From NCBI RefSeq assembly GCF_006345805.1, contig NC_042999.1:146258001-146322000 (forward strand): a stretch of 64,000 nt of DNA. Reading direction: 5' to 3'. The translations under genes were made by a program, and so were the position numbers. This stretch comes from Octopus sinensis (Eukaryota). Numbering within the stretch: the stretch's first letter is position 1; the number at the start of each line of letters is the position of its first letter. The notes under the pieces were generated by a model, which was not told the origin of the DNA, searched no databases, and saw only the letters and a list, made by a program, of their open reading frames with translations. Below, piece after piece: positions 11,167 through 24,228 of this stretch.

Positions 11167-11610
11167 AGGTGCAGGAGTGGCTGTGTGGTAAGTTGCTTGC
11201 TTACCAACCACATGGTTCCGGGTTCAGTCCCACTGCGTGACACCTTGGGCAAGTGTCTTCTACTATAGCCTCTGGCCGACCAAAGCCTTCTGAGTGGATT
11301 TGGTAGATGGAAACTGAAAGAAGCCTGTCGTATATATGTATATATGTGTGTATGCATGTGTGTGTATATATTTGTGTGTGTGTGTGAGTGTGTGTGTGTG
11401 TGTGTCTGTGTTCGTCCCTCCAACATCGCTTGACAACCGATGCTGGTATGTTTGCCTCACCGTAACTTAGCGGTTCAGAGACTGATAGAATAAGTGCTAG
11501 GCTTACAAAGAATAAGTCCTGAGGTCGATTTGCTCGACTAAAGGCGGTGCTCCAGCATGGCTGCAGTCAAATGACTGAAACAAGTAAAAAGAGAGAAAGA
11601 GTAAAGAGAA
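11167..11610 (+). mobile_element. SINE family A, full-length copy (tRNA-derived head, internal microsatellite)
   Basis: Head ggtgcaggagtggctgtgtggtaag...ggttccgggttcagtcccactgc (A/B-box-like), body ccttgggcaagtgtcttctactatagcc, TA/TG tract, tail gactgaaacaagtaaaaaga. Confidence 0.88.
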
Positions 11611-11931
11611 GTTTCTCAGATTTTCTTCAGTGATTTGGCTTTGCATGCTAATTACACAAACCAATTTAATTTTCTCTAGAAATTAGTAATTAAAAAGTTA
11701 CAAATATTTAGTGTTATGTAATTTCAATTGATTAGAAGCATCCATTGTTGACACACTGGAAGTCACAAATACTTAAGTGTAGAAAACCTGGAAAATTTCT
11801 CTCAGGTGGAAAAATTTTAAGATATACTCCTTCCAGACATTTATGAAATTGTTTGAAATCTATTTTATTGATAAAATAAGGGTGCTCAGAAACAAAATAA
11901 TATATATTTCTTATGTGTGTGTCTTTTGCAG

Positions 11932-12062
11932 CTGCTGGAATCCCTGGGAATTCAATTTTGACATATGTTATTGAAATTGTTTCTATTGAAGATGGTCCAG
12001 AAATACCTGATACTTTTTCATTAATTGATGCGAATGATGACAAACGACTGTCAAAGGAGGAG
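11932..12062 (+). CDS. FKBP14: FKBP7/14-like, coding exon 3 (end of FKBP domain + EF-hand 1)
   Basis: Acceptor cttttgcag ends 11931; (P)AGIPGNSILTYVIEIVSIEDGPEIPDTFSLIDANDDKRLSKEE; donor GTAAAT at 12063 (phase 0). Confidence 0.95.
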
Positions 12063-12689
12063 GTAAATCTAATTACTTGATATGTATGAATGAATGTTGT
12101 TTTGGCATCCTTGAATCCTTCATCCTGACCAGTGTGTCTTAGCTACAATGTCATGTGTCATTGGTAGATAATACCATGATGACATTTTCGGACAACTGCT
12201 TATGCATCCATCCATCCATACATACATCTTCAGTGTATGTACGTATGTATGTGTGTGTTTGTTTCTGTTTGTCTTTCTGTCTCTCTCTCTCTCTCTCTCT
12301 CTCTCCCTCTCTCTCTATGATGACTGGTGTTTCTTTGAGCCCCCATGAGTTAGTGGTTTAGTAAAGAGTCTGAGAGAATAAGTACCAGACCTATAATAAT
12401 GTTGATTTTCTTCAACTGAATCCTTTAGGACCTGGCAAGGCCAGGATCCACACCAGGTTCCATAGTCTATTTTGGCTTGGTTTCTTCGCCTGGATGCCCT
12501 TCCTAATGCCAGGCACTTTACAGAGTGTACCAGTGTTGTTTTATGCACAAAATCATATTTAACCTGTTTGGGTGTATTTGGACATAACGAGACATTTTGC
12601 TGCAGAAGTAGTCTCAGGAAAAAAATTTTCATTGTCACATGTCTGTTCCATTGAAGCACCAGATTTTAGTTGAAGACGTTGACCCATGA

Positions 12690-12838
12690 ACTTATTCTTG
12701 ATAAGCCTGGTACTTATTCTATTGGTCTATTATGCTGAACTGCCAGGTTATGGGGATGTAAACACACCAACATTGGTTGTCAAGTGATGGTGGCAGGACA
12801 AACACAAACACACAAATATACATACATACATACATACA

Positions 12839-12906
<68 letters not shown>

Positions 12907-13026
12907 AAGCTTTGAACAACCTGAGGATGTGGTAGAAGTCACTTGCCCAAGGTGCCACACAATGGGACTGAACCCTGAGCCATGTAGTTGGGAAGCAAGC
13001 TTCTTTACCATACAGCCATATCTGCA

Positions 13027-13028
<2 letters not shown>
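12690..13028 (-). mobile_element. SINE family A
   Basis: Reverse complement of the head and body of 11167-11610. Confidence 0.8.
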
Positions 13029-13072
<44 letters not shown>

Positions 13073-13159
13073 GAAAATCACACTCATGTATATATATCTA
13101 TAATTTGCATGGTTATGCATATGTGTGAGCTTGTTTATGTAAAGAATGTGTAGAAGAAT

Positions 13160-13585
13160 GCTAAACCATGGTGTAAATACCAATTTCTTTACTACCCACA
13201 AGGAGCTAAACACAGAGAGAACAAACAATGACAGACAAACAGATTAAGTCGATTATATTGACCCCATTGCATAACTGGTACTTATTTAATCGAGCTGAAA
13301 GGATGAAAGGCAAAGTCGACATCGGCGGAATTTGAACTCAGAACGTAATGGCAGACGAAATACCTATTTCTTTACTACCCACAAGGGGCTAAACACAGAG
13401 GAGACAAACAAGGACAGACAGATGGATTAAGTCGATTATATCGACCCCAGTGCATAACTGGTACTTAATTTATCAACCCTGAGAGGATGAAAGGCAAAGT
13501 CGAACTCAGCGGAATTTGAATTCAGAACGTAGCGGCAGACAAAATTCCACTAAGCATTTCGCCTGGTGTGCTAACGTTTCTGGTG
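13160..13585 (-). mobile_element. SINE family B, with partial tandem duplication
   Basis: tttactacccacaaggggctaaacacagag...gattaagtcgattatat..gaccccagtgcataactggtacttaatttatc..ggatgaaaggcaaagtcga occurs twice (about 13190 and 13370); reverse complement of 16100-16295. Confidence 0.8.
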
Positions 13586-13644
13586 TAAATAGCCACCATG
13601 TCATGCAGAGTTAAATCCAAATCTTAAACCTCAATTCCTCCATC

Positions 13645-14043
13645 CAGTAGTTGTTTCAGTCATTTTGACTGCTGCCATGATGGGGCACCATCTTGAAGGA
13701 TTTTGGTCAAACAAATTGACCCCAGGACTTATGTTTTTAGGCCTAGTACTTATTTTATTGGTCTCTTTTGATGTACCTCTAAGTTACAGGGACATAAACA
13801 TGCCAACACCAGTGATCAAGTGGTGGTGGGGGACAAACACAGACATGCACACATACGGAGACACACACACACATATATAACATGGGTTTCTTTCAATTTC
13901 CATCTACCAAATCCACTCACAAGTCTTTGGTGGGCCTGAGGCTATAGCAGAAGATACTTGTCCAAGGTGCCACACAGTGGCACAGAACCTGGAACCATGA
14001 AGTTGGGAAGCAAGCTTCTTACCACACAGCTATGGCTGCACCT
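13645..14043 (-). mobile_element. SINE family A
   Basis: Full-length reverse-complement copy, diverged. Confidence 0.8.
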
Positions 14044-15261
14044 ATACATATAAATTGTATTCACCTCAATAGATGTCATTGATTGGTTGAAATTGCCGAA
14101 ATGCAAGAAATTAAACAACAAATAGCTTACAAACTACAGAATTTTCTCAAGAAAGCCAAGAGAAAAAAATGTTTTATGTAACATACTACCAGTATATTAA
14201 GTTTAAAAGTGTTTAGTTACAAAGAAATTATTTTAAAAATCTGCCGGTCAAAGTGAAAAGATCCAAGTGATGTAATCAAGTCTTATATTTACAACTGTTT
14301 CAAATTAATCAATGACTGGAGAAACTGTTGACTCTGAGATTCAATCCACTACCAGACTGTTGAGCGCAGGAGGTAGACTTTGAAAGCTGCTACCTGCAAA
14401 GTGGGAGATTCTGTTTACAAATCAACTGAGTGCCTGACACTGAGACTCAGAGGATTAACTCTCACAGTGTGGGTCAAGCCAAATTATGCATTTGGAGATT
14501 TGTCTAGGACTAAGTGCTATATTCTAAATGGCACACTCAGTCAGATTTTCAAATACGTAATATAATACTTAAAATATAATGCTTAAAAACTGACTATTGG
14601 GCAATGATGAAAAGACATAACAAACACGGGCAGGCGAAATGAGGTTACTCTGAAGAATCTCTAGAATAATGCTACTAGACAGGGTGTACAGCTCAAAGAA
14701 TAGGAATCTCTCCAGGTGAAGCTGTTATTTCTCTGCACTGAGAAGTACTGCAGACATGTGATGAGAATGTCACAGGAAAGCTGACCCAACTATCAGGAGA
14801 CCAAAAGTTTGAACAAGAAAGAGATGACTGGATAATCTCCTTGCTTTCAGTTCGGTCAAGCTTGGGAATCCAGCTGGAAATAATTAATGATGGTTGCTTC
14901 AGAACAGTGTTGTATATCTCTTACAACAAATCACATACATATTAGCAGCTCATTTTCTCTGACAGAATACACCTGCTTTTTGAGAGTATCAATGTGATAT
15001 CATATATCAATCTCTTCTCTCACTATCTCTCACTCTCTCCCATCTCATCCCTCTCTCTCTCTCTCTACTTGGTATAATGAAAGTGTAATGATGGTTGCTC
15101 CTGAAGGAGGAGGTGTTTTAGGACTCTATCGCCATGATGATTCACCCAGGAATAAAGAGCAGAGAAGATGGATGGTTGGATGATATAATACTTACAAACT
15201 TGTTAAAAAAACAAATGGTTGAATCTGTTTAACTCCCTCATGTATCTTGTTTATTTGACAG

Positions 15262-15411
15262 GTTCAAATCTTCTTTCGGGAACAGGACAAAACTATTGGA
15301 GCTTCAAATCACATTGAATCAATGAACCTAATGTTTATGTATGAAGACATTGATAAGGATGGTTATATATCACATTTTGAATTCAACGGACCAAAACATG
15401 TTGAACTTTAA
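15262..15411 (+). CDS. FKBP14: FKBP7/14-like, terminal coding exon (EF-hand 2 + HVEL)
   Basis: Acceptor tttgacag ends 15261; VQIFFREQDKTIGASNHIESMNLMFMYEDIDKDGYISHFEFNGPKHVEL*; TAA at 15409-15411. The spliced CDS is 642 nt = 213 aa, matching FKBP7/14 size and architecture. Confidence 0.95.
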   Translation, partial: VQIFFREQDKTIGASNHIESMNLMFMYEDIDKDGYISHFEFNGPKHVEL

Positions 15412-15545
15412 TCATTTCATTTATGGCTTAATTCCATTATTTCATAATGAATAGATTCATTTATTGGAGAACCATTATGTATAATTCAACTAAGAGAAAA
15501 TATTTCCCATATAAACACATGTAAATTTCCCATTTATAATTTAGT

Positions 15546-15551
15546 AATAAA
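15546..15551 (+). promoter_or_regulatory. Likely polyadenylation signal of the FKBP gene
   Basis: AATAAA 135 nt after the stop codon, followed by GT/AT-rich sequence. Confidence 0.55.
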
Positions 15552-15590
15552 GTGACATACAATTATGTTCCTGAAATGCACATACACACA

Positions 15591-15629
<39 letters not shown>

Positions 15630-16099
15630 CATGTGTGTATATATGTGTGTGTGTGTGTGTGTGTGTGCGTGTGTGCTAGGGATGTGCCATCTAGGTAGGC
15701 AGTGCCTACCTTGGATAAAATAAATTGATAGCAACATTTTCCTTTCATGGCAAAATATGTACATAATTCAATAAAATTATGATCACTATATATAAAATGC
15801 AAAATATTTTATTTCTTTATAGATTAGTTAGGCATAATTTATCCTTGTTTTTCAATCTCAGTATTTAAATTATGCGTAGTACTGCTGTAGTACACATGCC
15901 GCATACATTCCTACAACAATGTTTTCTTTATGTGCTATAAAAGCAGAAATAAATCTGCTTCGTATGTTTTACAACATAAAGGTCACCAACTGCCTACCCT
16001 GAGTAATTGAGTAATTACTGTCTGGCACATGTATATATATGTTTATATATATATATATATATATATAATTATATATATATATTATATATATATATATAA

Positions 16100-16295
16100 T
16101 TAGCTTAGCGGTATTTTGTCTGTCGTTACGTTGTGAGTTCAAATTCCGCCGAGGTCGACTTTGCCTTTCATCCTTTCGGGGTCGATAAATTAAGTACCAG
16201 TTATGCACTGGGGTCGATGTAATCGACTTAATCCCTTTGTCTGTCCTTGTTTGTCCCCTCTATGTTTAGCCCCTTGTGGGTAGTAAAGAAATATA
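16100..16295 (+). mobile_element. SINE family B (central domain resembles the Nin-type conserved SINE domain)
   Basis: gagttcaaattccgccgaggtcgactttgcctttcatcctttcggggtcgataaattaagtaccag; the domain name is from memory and needs a SINEBase/Dfam check. Confidence 0.75.
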
Positions 16296-16800
16296 TAATT
16301 AAATAAGGGTAGAAATTGATATTAATCAATTAAAACCAGTGGCTTAGCATATTTAAAAAAAATCTGAAGATTAAAAGTTGTTTCACACTGAACATAGACG
16401 TCAAATCGCCAATACCACGAAGAATGTGTTGTCAAGAAAAATCTCAGCTGAGATTTTTCTTGAGAACACATTCTTCGTGGTAATGGCGATTTGACGTCTA
16501 TGTTTAACATATATATACTGTTGTGTCTGGGGAGAGTCATTTTCCTTTTGTACCATATAATTTAACACACTCACTGGTAAAGTTTCCACTTATTTCTTAT
16601 TTTTATTTTCCTAAAATTTTCCTAGCGTCTTGCAACCTTTTCAGTAGTTTTGACTCTGTCTGTTATTTACACTGCGTTCCTTTTTGTTTGTTTGTGTGTA
16701 TGTGTGTGTGCCTATGCATGTATGTATGTATGCATGTGTGTGTATGTATATGTGTGTGTGTATGCATATGTATATATGTATGTGCATCTGTATGTATGTA

Positions 16801-17238
16801 TCAACTTGTTGCTGCTCGAATGGCAGGCGCTAGCATAATGAAAGCAGCCAAAATGTTTGGTGTATCAAGAGGTACTGTATTGAAAGTAATGATAAGCGTT
16901 TGAGAAAGAGGGAAAAAACTCCTGATGGAAACAAAACTCCGGAAGGAATCCAAAACTTTCAGAAAGGAACTGCCAGATTCTTACACAAGTTGTTAGAAAG
17001 GATCACAAAAGTGCAGCTCCCAAAATTACTGCAGAGCTTAATGACCACCTTGAGAACCCAGTTTCCACAAAGACTGTACAGAGGGAGCTGCACAAAATCT
17101 GATTTCTTGGGAGGGCTGCAATCAGAAAACCACTACTTTCAAAATCAAGCATTGCAAAGTGTTTAGAGTGTACAGAAGTGATCCCTAGGGTAGTGGAAGA
17201 ATGTTATTTTCTCGGACGAGTCATCCTTTACCTCATTT
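16801..17238 (+). mobile_element. Tc1-like transposase 5' remnant
   Basis: AARMAGASIMKAAKMFGVSRGTVLKV (HTH), GRNPKLSER, VSTKTVQRELHK..GRAAIRKPLLS, WKNVIFSDESSF; stops and frameshifts present. Confidence 0.85.
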
Positions 17239-17678
17239 CTGATATATATTTATGTATCCCTTTCTCCTTTACTCTCTCTCGTTGCTCACACGTGACCATC
17301 GTCCAACTTTCTTTTCCTCACATGATCATCTTTCTTTTCCTTCAGTGCTGTCATACAGACTGCACGTAATATGTCTCCTCTTCTATCTTTTCTCTTGTCA
17401 AAGACAATATTTCTCCAGTGATCGCTATGACTCTCAATATTTGTTTACGTTTGGTTTCCTTGTATGTCTCCACTATCCTGTTTTTGTTACCAACTTTGAC
17501 CCTCTGCAAAATCCTAAATTTTATTTTTGCTTTTGTGGGAGCAACTGCCTTCAAGGTCTCATATTGCCATTCAATGGTTGAAATGAGGAGTAGATGGACA
17601 GCCAACAACTGATGAAGGGTCGTTCTTTATGTTACTTGTCTTGTTTTCCATTTGTTTCTCTCATTTTTTGCGTACCCA

Positions 17679-17716
<38 letters not shown>

Positions 17717-17720
<4 letters not shown>

Positions 17721-19984
17721 CTGCAGCTGGTGCAAATGCCTATCCAGACCTAGGGTGATGTGGTGGTGGAATGATGCTGTAGTCAGGGCCATTAGAGCAA
17801 AGGAACAGGCCTAGAAGGCCTGGAAGAGTGGGGGTAGCAGGGAACTCTATCAAATAACCAGAAGGGATGCTAGGAGATAGATCTATCTAGTCAAGGGAGA
17901 AGCAGAAAAGAAGTTTGCCTATGTTCAGTGATGTGAGGCCAAAGACAGGAAGTGTTTCGGTTTGAGAGAAGATGGTGATTTTATAGGAGAGAAATGTGTT
18001 CGGATGGATGATGACACACTTACATTTGATGATTTTGCAAAGAAAGCAGTTTGGAAATGCCATTATGAAAGACTACTGAACGTGGAAAATGACTGGATGA
18101 GGAGAGTCTGACAAATGTTGACCCAGTTGAGGGGCCAGCTATCCGAATTAACAGTACCTTGGTAGATAAAGCAATTAAAGATAGGAAGACAGGGAAAGGC
18201 CCCAGCTTATCGGGAATTACAGCTGAAATGCTTAAAATATCTGGTGATGTAGGTAATGGTCTAGTCTCTCATATTACAAACCTGGTGGTTCATGAAGGAG
18301 CCATACTCAAAGACTGGTGTAGCAGCACCATAGTCAACTGCTACAAAGGTGATGTCTTAGATAGAAATAATTATAATGGTATCGAATTGTTGGAGCAGCG
18401 GATGAAAGTTACAGAGAAGGTCATAGCTCAACTAATTAAGGAGAAAATTAGTCTAGATGAGATGCAGTTTGGTTTTGTGTCAGGGAGAAGCACCACTGAG
18501 TCTATATTTCAGGCAAGGCAGTTGCATGAGAAATACATAGCCAAAAATAAACCTCTGTACTTGGCTTTTGTTGACTTGGAGAAAGTCTTTGACAGGGTCC
18601 CCCGATCCCTTATCTGGTGGTCAATGCGGAAACTATGGATAGACGAGTAGTTGCTGAGAGAAGTACAAGCCATGTACAGAGACGTTACCTGTAAAGTGAG
18701 GATTGGCAATGAATATAGTGAAAAATTCAGGGCACAAGTAGGGGGTTCACCAAGGATCAGTGTCCAGCCCCCCGCTTGTTCATCATAGTCCTCCAGGTAA
18801 TAACAGGAATTCAAAACGGGTTGCTCCTGGAAGCTCCTCTATGCTGATGACCTTGTTCTTATAGCTGAATCACTACCAGGACTAGAGTAGAAGTTTCAGA
18901 CCTGGAAGCAAGGTCTAGAATCGAAGAGCCTTAGAGTTAACCTAGCAAAAACCAAAGTCTTAGTAAGTTAGCAGGCAGACAAACCACATATCCCTTCAGG
19001 TAGATGATCCTGCTCAATCTGTAGTAGAGGCGTATGTAGAAACTCTATAAGATGTACCTGGTGTAAGATTTGGACACATAAAAGGTGCTTCAACAGCAGA
19101 TGAAGGATAACAGGGAAAATTGCTTTTGTGTGTAGAAGATACACAGGTACACACACCGAAAATGTGCTGAAAATAGTCTCCAAAAACTGTCAGCTAGAGA
19201 TATTAGTTAGCTTCCTTTATCTAGGTGACCAAGTTAGTAGTGGAAGTTGATGCTCTGAGAGCGTAGCTGTGAGAATAAGATTAGGCTGGATAAAGTTCGG
19301 AGAACTCCCACCTCTGCTGGCAGCAAAGGACCTCTCTCTCAGGGTGAAAGGCAGATTGTATGATGCCTGTGTGCGAACAGCTATACTACACAGCAGTGAA
19401 ACATGGGCTGTGACAGTCGAGGACATGTGTAGCCTTGAGAGAAATGAAGTCAGTATGCTTTGCTGGATATGCAATGTCAGTGTACATGTTCGACAGAGTG
19501 TAAGAATCTTGGGAGAAAAGTTGGGAATAAGAGGTATCAGATGTGATGCGCAAAATAGTCTACTGCGCTGGTATGGTCATGTAATGCATATGGATGAGGA
19601 CAGCTATGTAAAGAAGTGCCGATCTGTAACTGTGGAACGAACCTGTGGTAGAGGTTAATCCTGGAAAACATGGGAAGAGGTGGTAAAGCATAACTTTCGA
19701 ACTTTGGGCTTCATGGAGGCAATGACCGAGACCTTTGGCATTATGCCGTGCTTGAGAAGAGCCATCAAACCAAGAAAATCACAGTGGTGGAGGATACTGG
19801 TGTCATGAAAATGGCACCCATGCTGGTGGCATATAAAGCACCCATTACACTCTTGGAGTGGTCTGTGTTTGGAAGGGTATCCAGCCGCAGAAACTACGCC
19901 AAATCAGACTGGAGTGTGGTGCAGCCTTTCAACTTGCCAGCCCTGGTCAAACCGTTCAACCCATGCCAACATAAATGATGATGA
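17717..19984 (+). mobile_element. RTE-clade LINE, 5'-truncated and degenerate
   Basis: WWWNDAV; RT motifs KGPSLSGITAEMLK, NYNGIELL, QFGFVSGRSTT, AFVDLEKVFDRV, GVHQGSV, LLYADDLVL; RLRWYGHV-like C-terminus; (GAT)n tail. Confidence 0.92.
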
Positions 19985-20329
19985 TATATATATAACATAA
20001 TATATACACTTATCCATCCATCCATCCACTCATCCATACTTACATACATACCACCCACACACACACACAAAGAAAGAAAAACAGAACTGCATTTAAACTA
20101 AGGGAAATAACCTTTCATTTATACTTGTGAGTTATCTTTCTTAGACGTCTGACAAGTTTGATTTGATTCGTCAGGGTCGAAATAATTCAACAGATGTTGG
20201 TGTTGTTAAACCCCCAGTTCAGACCTGATTGTGTAAACATATAATCGATTAATAGTATTCCAACCAGATCATCTCTATTTAACTATGTGGAGAAAGTACA
20301 GGACTGCATTATTCAAAGTATTGCTTTGT

Positions 20330-20720
20330 TAATACCAACTCCCTCCATCTCATCTATGTCTGCTCAACTTCCACCCTACCGTGCACACACACTTCACTAA
20401 TGCACACCTTTCACCCTTATTCCAACATCCGATACATTCATATACACACCAGCCCCTCCCTCTCTTATTTGCTCTTACCCGTATTAGAGCAATCCCATGT
20501 CATTTCTAACCCTTTGTCTTTCTTTCTTTGTTTTTCAAGCACTGAATGTTTCTCTTTCTCACCCCTATGATTTTTGTTTTGGTTTTTTTATCTTTTCTTC
20601 TGATGAAGGACTAACGTTGAGACGCTCGTATTCCCCATTGAAACGTTAAACTAATATCATTTTTATCAAACCCTATTTACCTTGTGTTATCTTTCTTAAC
20701 GTTTATTCTTTGTACTCAGA
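20330..20720 (+). mobile_element. Penelope-related 3'/pseudo-LTR remnant with degraded hammerhead-like motif
   Basis: C/T-rich tract, then CTGATGAAGG (20600) ... GAAACGTTAAA (20640); stem II pairs poorly. Confidence 0.45.
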
Positions 20721-21141
20721 TGCACATTCTCACAAATACATGCCATGTATCTCCACCAATCATTCAGGCTTGGTGCATACCGTTAGATGTATTTACAAAA
20801 ACCAGGACGCTGGTCTATGAGAAAATATGAGAAGAAACATAAGTCACATCACGAGCCCTCTCCAGTTGTAAATGTCGAGACCTGAAGCTTGCCCACTTGA
20901 TCTGGTGTGTCTTTCTTCTCTTTCTGCTTTTTGCATCAACTTCAGGGTTTTTCTTCCCATTTTTTCTCATGTTTCCTCATAGACCAGTATCCTGGTTTTT
21001 TTTTTTAAATATGTCTAACAGTACGCACTGAGCATCAGACATTGCTTGGAGATACATATCATGGCATATAAATCTGCTGAATTATTGTAATCCTACAGCA
21101 CGAAACTGTTAGTAACTCTATTTTAAGCTTTGTATATTAAA

Positions 21142-21172
<31 letters not shown>

Positions 21173-21199
21173 TACACTTATATTTGCAATCAATTTGCA

Positions 21200-22258
21200 G
21201 ATGCAAGTGTCACCAGTTGAAATCTCCGTATACCAGATGTTAGCAAGTTCATAGGGTCATCAGGACAGAATGCATGCTGTTTCGGGGCCTTCCTCTTGAT
21301 GGTATTATAGCGGACTGCCCCACTTACTGAGCTGAGGCCCCACTTGCTAGATCAACTGTTTACTAGGTTTCACTCAATATTCTTCTAGTCATTTCTCATT
21401 GTCTGTTTTGAATCAAATCCAGTGGTTTGCCTTCTCCACTGCAGTCTGGATATCACTCATGATGGCATATGCTTTACAATGGGTTGGACATAGAGACAAC
21501 AACAATCACCTGATGCTTAGTCCAATGAATTCGCTGCATCCAGCTTCAGTTGGAAAATGCTCTGCTTTCCAACCTTTGTCTTTAAATTCCTCAAAGTCAG
21601 TTTTATAATGGACGATCTTTCGACTCTAATCGGCATTCATGTTATCTTCATGAGAAACCGTTAACCTGAATATATTTACTACTTTCTTCTTTTTTCGCAC
21701 CATATAATAATATCTGGTTTCTTAATAATTGCAATGAGGATGAAGTCATGGCACCCTGGTAAATTTGCAGCCACTTCTCAGTAGCTGTTCCACTTTTCCT
21801 CGTTCGCAGGAAGTTTCTTCTTCAAATGGATCTGCTGTCTTGAATGCATGAAGGCAATGAAATCTCTGGTTCGTTTCTTCAATTTGGTTCTTTGTAGCAT
21901 TGAAGAGGACCTTGAGGACCAGAATATGTTTCCATATATATGTATATTCAATGTCAGTGAACAGTTGGAAAGAATATGTTTCATTGTTCTGACTTTTCTG
22001 CATATGCATTTATCATTCTCTGATACATTGCCTGCATACTAGGTATGTAGGCGATGGCAAGGCATTGTAGGATGTATGAATCAGAAAAATCAGATGTGAT
22101 GTATATCACTTCAAGATTCCGTTGCAATTAATTTTCCTCTCAACTACCTGTTCCTCCCATCTATCCTTAAGAGCATTGAATCAAATGACGTTTTCTTCTC
22201 TTTGTTTCCCTAGCTTTTATGATGTTGCTAACAACAAATCTGCAATCACTCTGCATTT
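21200..22258 (-). mobile_element. HERO-like (R2 superfamily, restriction-like endonuclease) LINE 3' remnant
   Basis: Minus-strand pieces FLIHTSYNALPSP, MKHILSNCSLTL and KKVVNIFRLTVSHEDN...KGWKAEHFPTEAGCSEFIG resemble HERO-type motifs (LIRSVYDVLPSP, TLKHILSSC, IELTVPWEE, GW...PVEVGCRGF); heavily decayed. Confidence 0.65.
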
Positions 22259-22261
22259 TGA

Positions 22262-22660
22262 CTACTTACTAACCACATGGTTCCGGGTTCAGTCCCACTG
22301 CGTGGAACCTTGGGCAAGTGTCTTCTACTATAGTCTCAGGCCGACCAGATCCTTCTGAGTGGAATTGGTAGACGGAAACTAAAAGAAGACCGTCGTACAT
22401 ATGTATTATATATATAAATGTATGTATGTGTGTGTGTGTGTGTGTGTGTTTGTGTGTCTGTGTTTGTCCCCTCAACATCGCTTGACAACCGATGCTGGTG
22501 TGTTTACATCCCTGTAACTTAGTGGTTCAGCTAAAGCGACTGATAGAATAAGTACTAGTCTTACAAAGAATAAGTCCTGGGGTCGATTTGCTTGACTAAA
22601 GGTGGTGCTCCAGCATGGCCACAGTCTAATGACTGAAACAAGTAAAAGAGTGAAAGAGTA
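22262..22660 (+). mobile_element. SINE family A
   Basis: Near full-length match to 11167-11610. Confidence 0.85.
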
Positions 22661-22785
22661 AAGCCCCATCTTCTTGGGACTATAAACGTCAGTAGCACTT
22701 TATAGGATGCCACACTTAATTGGTAATTATATGTTACAATTGCATATTGCTACTGTTAATATCTCGCTCAGAGATTTAATATAGC

Positions 22786-22825
<40 letters not shown>

Positions 22826-23241
22826 GTGTGTGTGTGTGTGTATACATGTATATACATACATGATGGATTCTCTTGTCGAGAACGACAAATGAGGGTTCAG
22901 TAAAATAAAGCGTTTAATCATGTTCTATGGACATAAATATGTCTCTTAGGCCTGCTGGTGCCTTACAAACCTTTTGGCAGAGAGAACAAGTCGAGGGCCC
23001 ATTTTGCTTGAGTGCTTGTGGATCATTTACTATATGTTTTCTTGAGTGGATGGCTAGGTCTGCTTTGCTTCTTGCCACAAAACCACAATGACAGGTAAGG
23101 TTTCTATTTAGAGGAGCAGTGTTTTGCCAGCATGCCTTCATGCTTGAACAAAGTTGCTCCCATTGTTGGAGTCGACTCCAACAATGAAACAAAAGTAGAA
23201 TTATGAAATAAAGTGAGTTCCACTCTCTATTGTCCTTGGTA

Positions 23242-23279
<38 letters not shown>

Positions 23280-23360
23280 ATAATAATGATAATATTAGGG
23301 AGTAAATCCAAATTTAGAGGGAAAATTAGATTTAAGATTAAATCAAATTTCACAGTATAA

Positions 23361-23613
23361 ATATAAATTATATTAGAGATAAAACTACTATTAGGCAAAT
23401 CAAACAGTGAAAAACATAAACCAATACATAAAAATAAATATAATTAATATAATATACAAAATATATAAATTTAAAATTTAAATTATTTAAATTTAGAATT
23501 TTTAATTTATATTTATAAATTTTATATTTATATATATATATAATATTATATATATATATATATATTATATATATTTTGATTTGCCTAATAGTGGTTTTAT
23601 CTCTAATATAATT

Positions 23614-23618
<5 letters not shown>
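23361..23618. repeat. AT-rich palindromic (foldback) element
   Basis: atataaattatattagagataaaactactattaggcaaatcaaa (from 23361) is the near-perfect reverse complement of tttgatttgcctaatagtggttttatctctaatataatttatat (to 23618). Confidence 0.85.
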
Positions 23619-23645
<27 letters not shown>

Positions 23646-23724
23646 ATATATATATATATTTGCCATGCTGCACCACTGAAATCTGCAAGTCTTTTTCACT
23701 GTCTTTGTTTATTTTCTCTTATTC

Positions 23725-23760
23725 CTTTCTGTTGAAGAGCTTAGGCTTGAAATATAATAG
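23725..23760 (+). ncRNA. Degraded hammerhead-like motif of the CUGUUGA family
   Basis: CTTT-CTGTTGA-A-GAGC-ttag-GCTT-GAAA-TA-TA-ATAG; same variant core as 54782 and 59321, with CpG-type decay. Confidence 0.4.
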
Positions 23761-23789
23761 ACCTTTTCAGTTTTCCCAAACTAATTCAC

Positions 23790-24145
23790 CTGCTTGTTGT
23801 TCATACTCTACATACATACATATAGATGTTGGAGTGTCTTCTACTATAGCCTTGGGCCGACCAAAGCATTGTGAGTGTATTTGGTAGATGGAAACTGAAA
23901 GAATCCCATCGTATATATATGTATGTGTGTGTATATGTTTGTGTGTCTGTGTTTGTTCCCCCAACATCGCTTGACATCCAATGTTGGCATGTTTACATCC
24001 CTGTAACTTAACAGTTCAGCAAAAGCGACCAATAGAATAGGTACTAGGGTTACAAAGAATAAGTCCTGTTGTCAATTTGCTCGACTAAAGGCAGTACTCC
24101 AGCATGGCTGCAGTCAAATGACTGAACAAGTAAAAGAGTAGAAGA
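23790..24145 (+). mobile_element. SINE family A, 5'-truncated
   Basis: gtgtcttctactatagcc...gactgaacaagtaaaaga. Confidence 0.8.
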
Positions 24146-24147
24146 AC

Positions 24148-24228
<81 letters not shown>

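Noticed and set aside
17609-17640. CTGATGAAGGG half-core
   Set aside because: No downstream stem II-GAAA.
21254-21290. Minus-strand GAAACAG-catgcatt-CTGTC-CTGATGA in the HERO-like 3' region
   Set aside because: It has a stem III and a GUC site, but there is no stem I between GUC and CUGAUGA and the stem II strands cannot pair; not a complete hammerhead in any topology.
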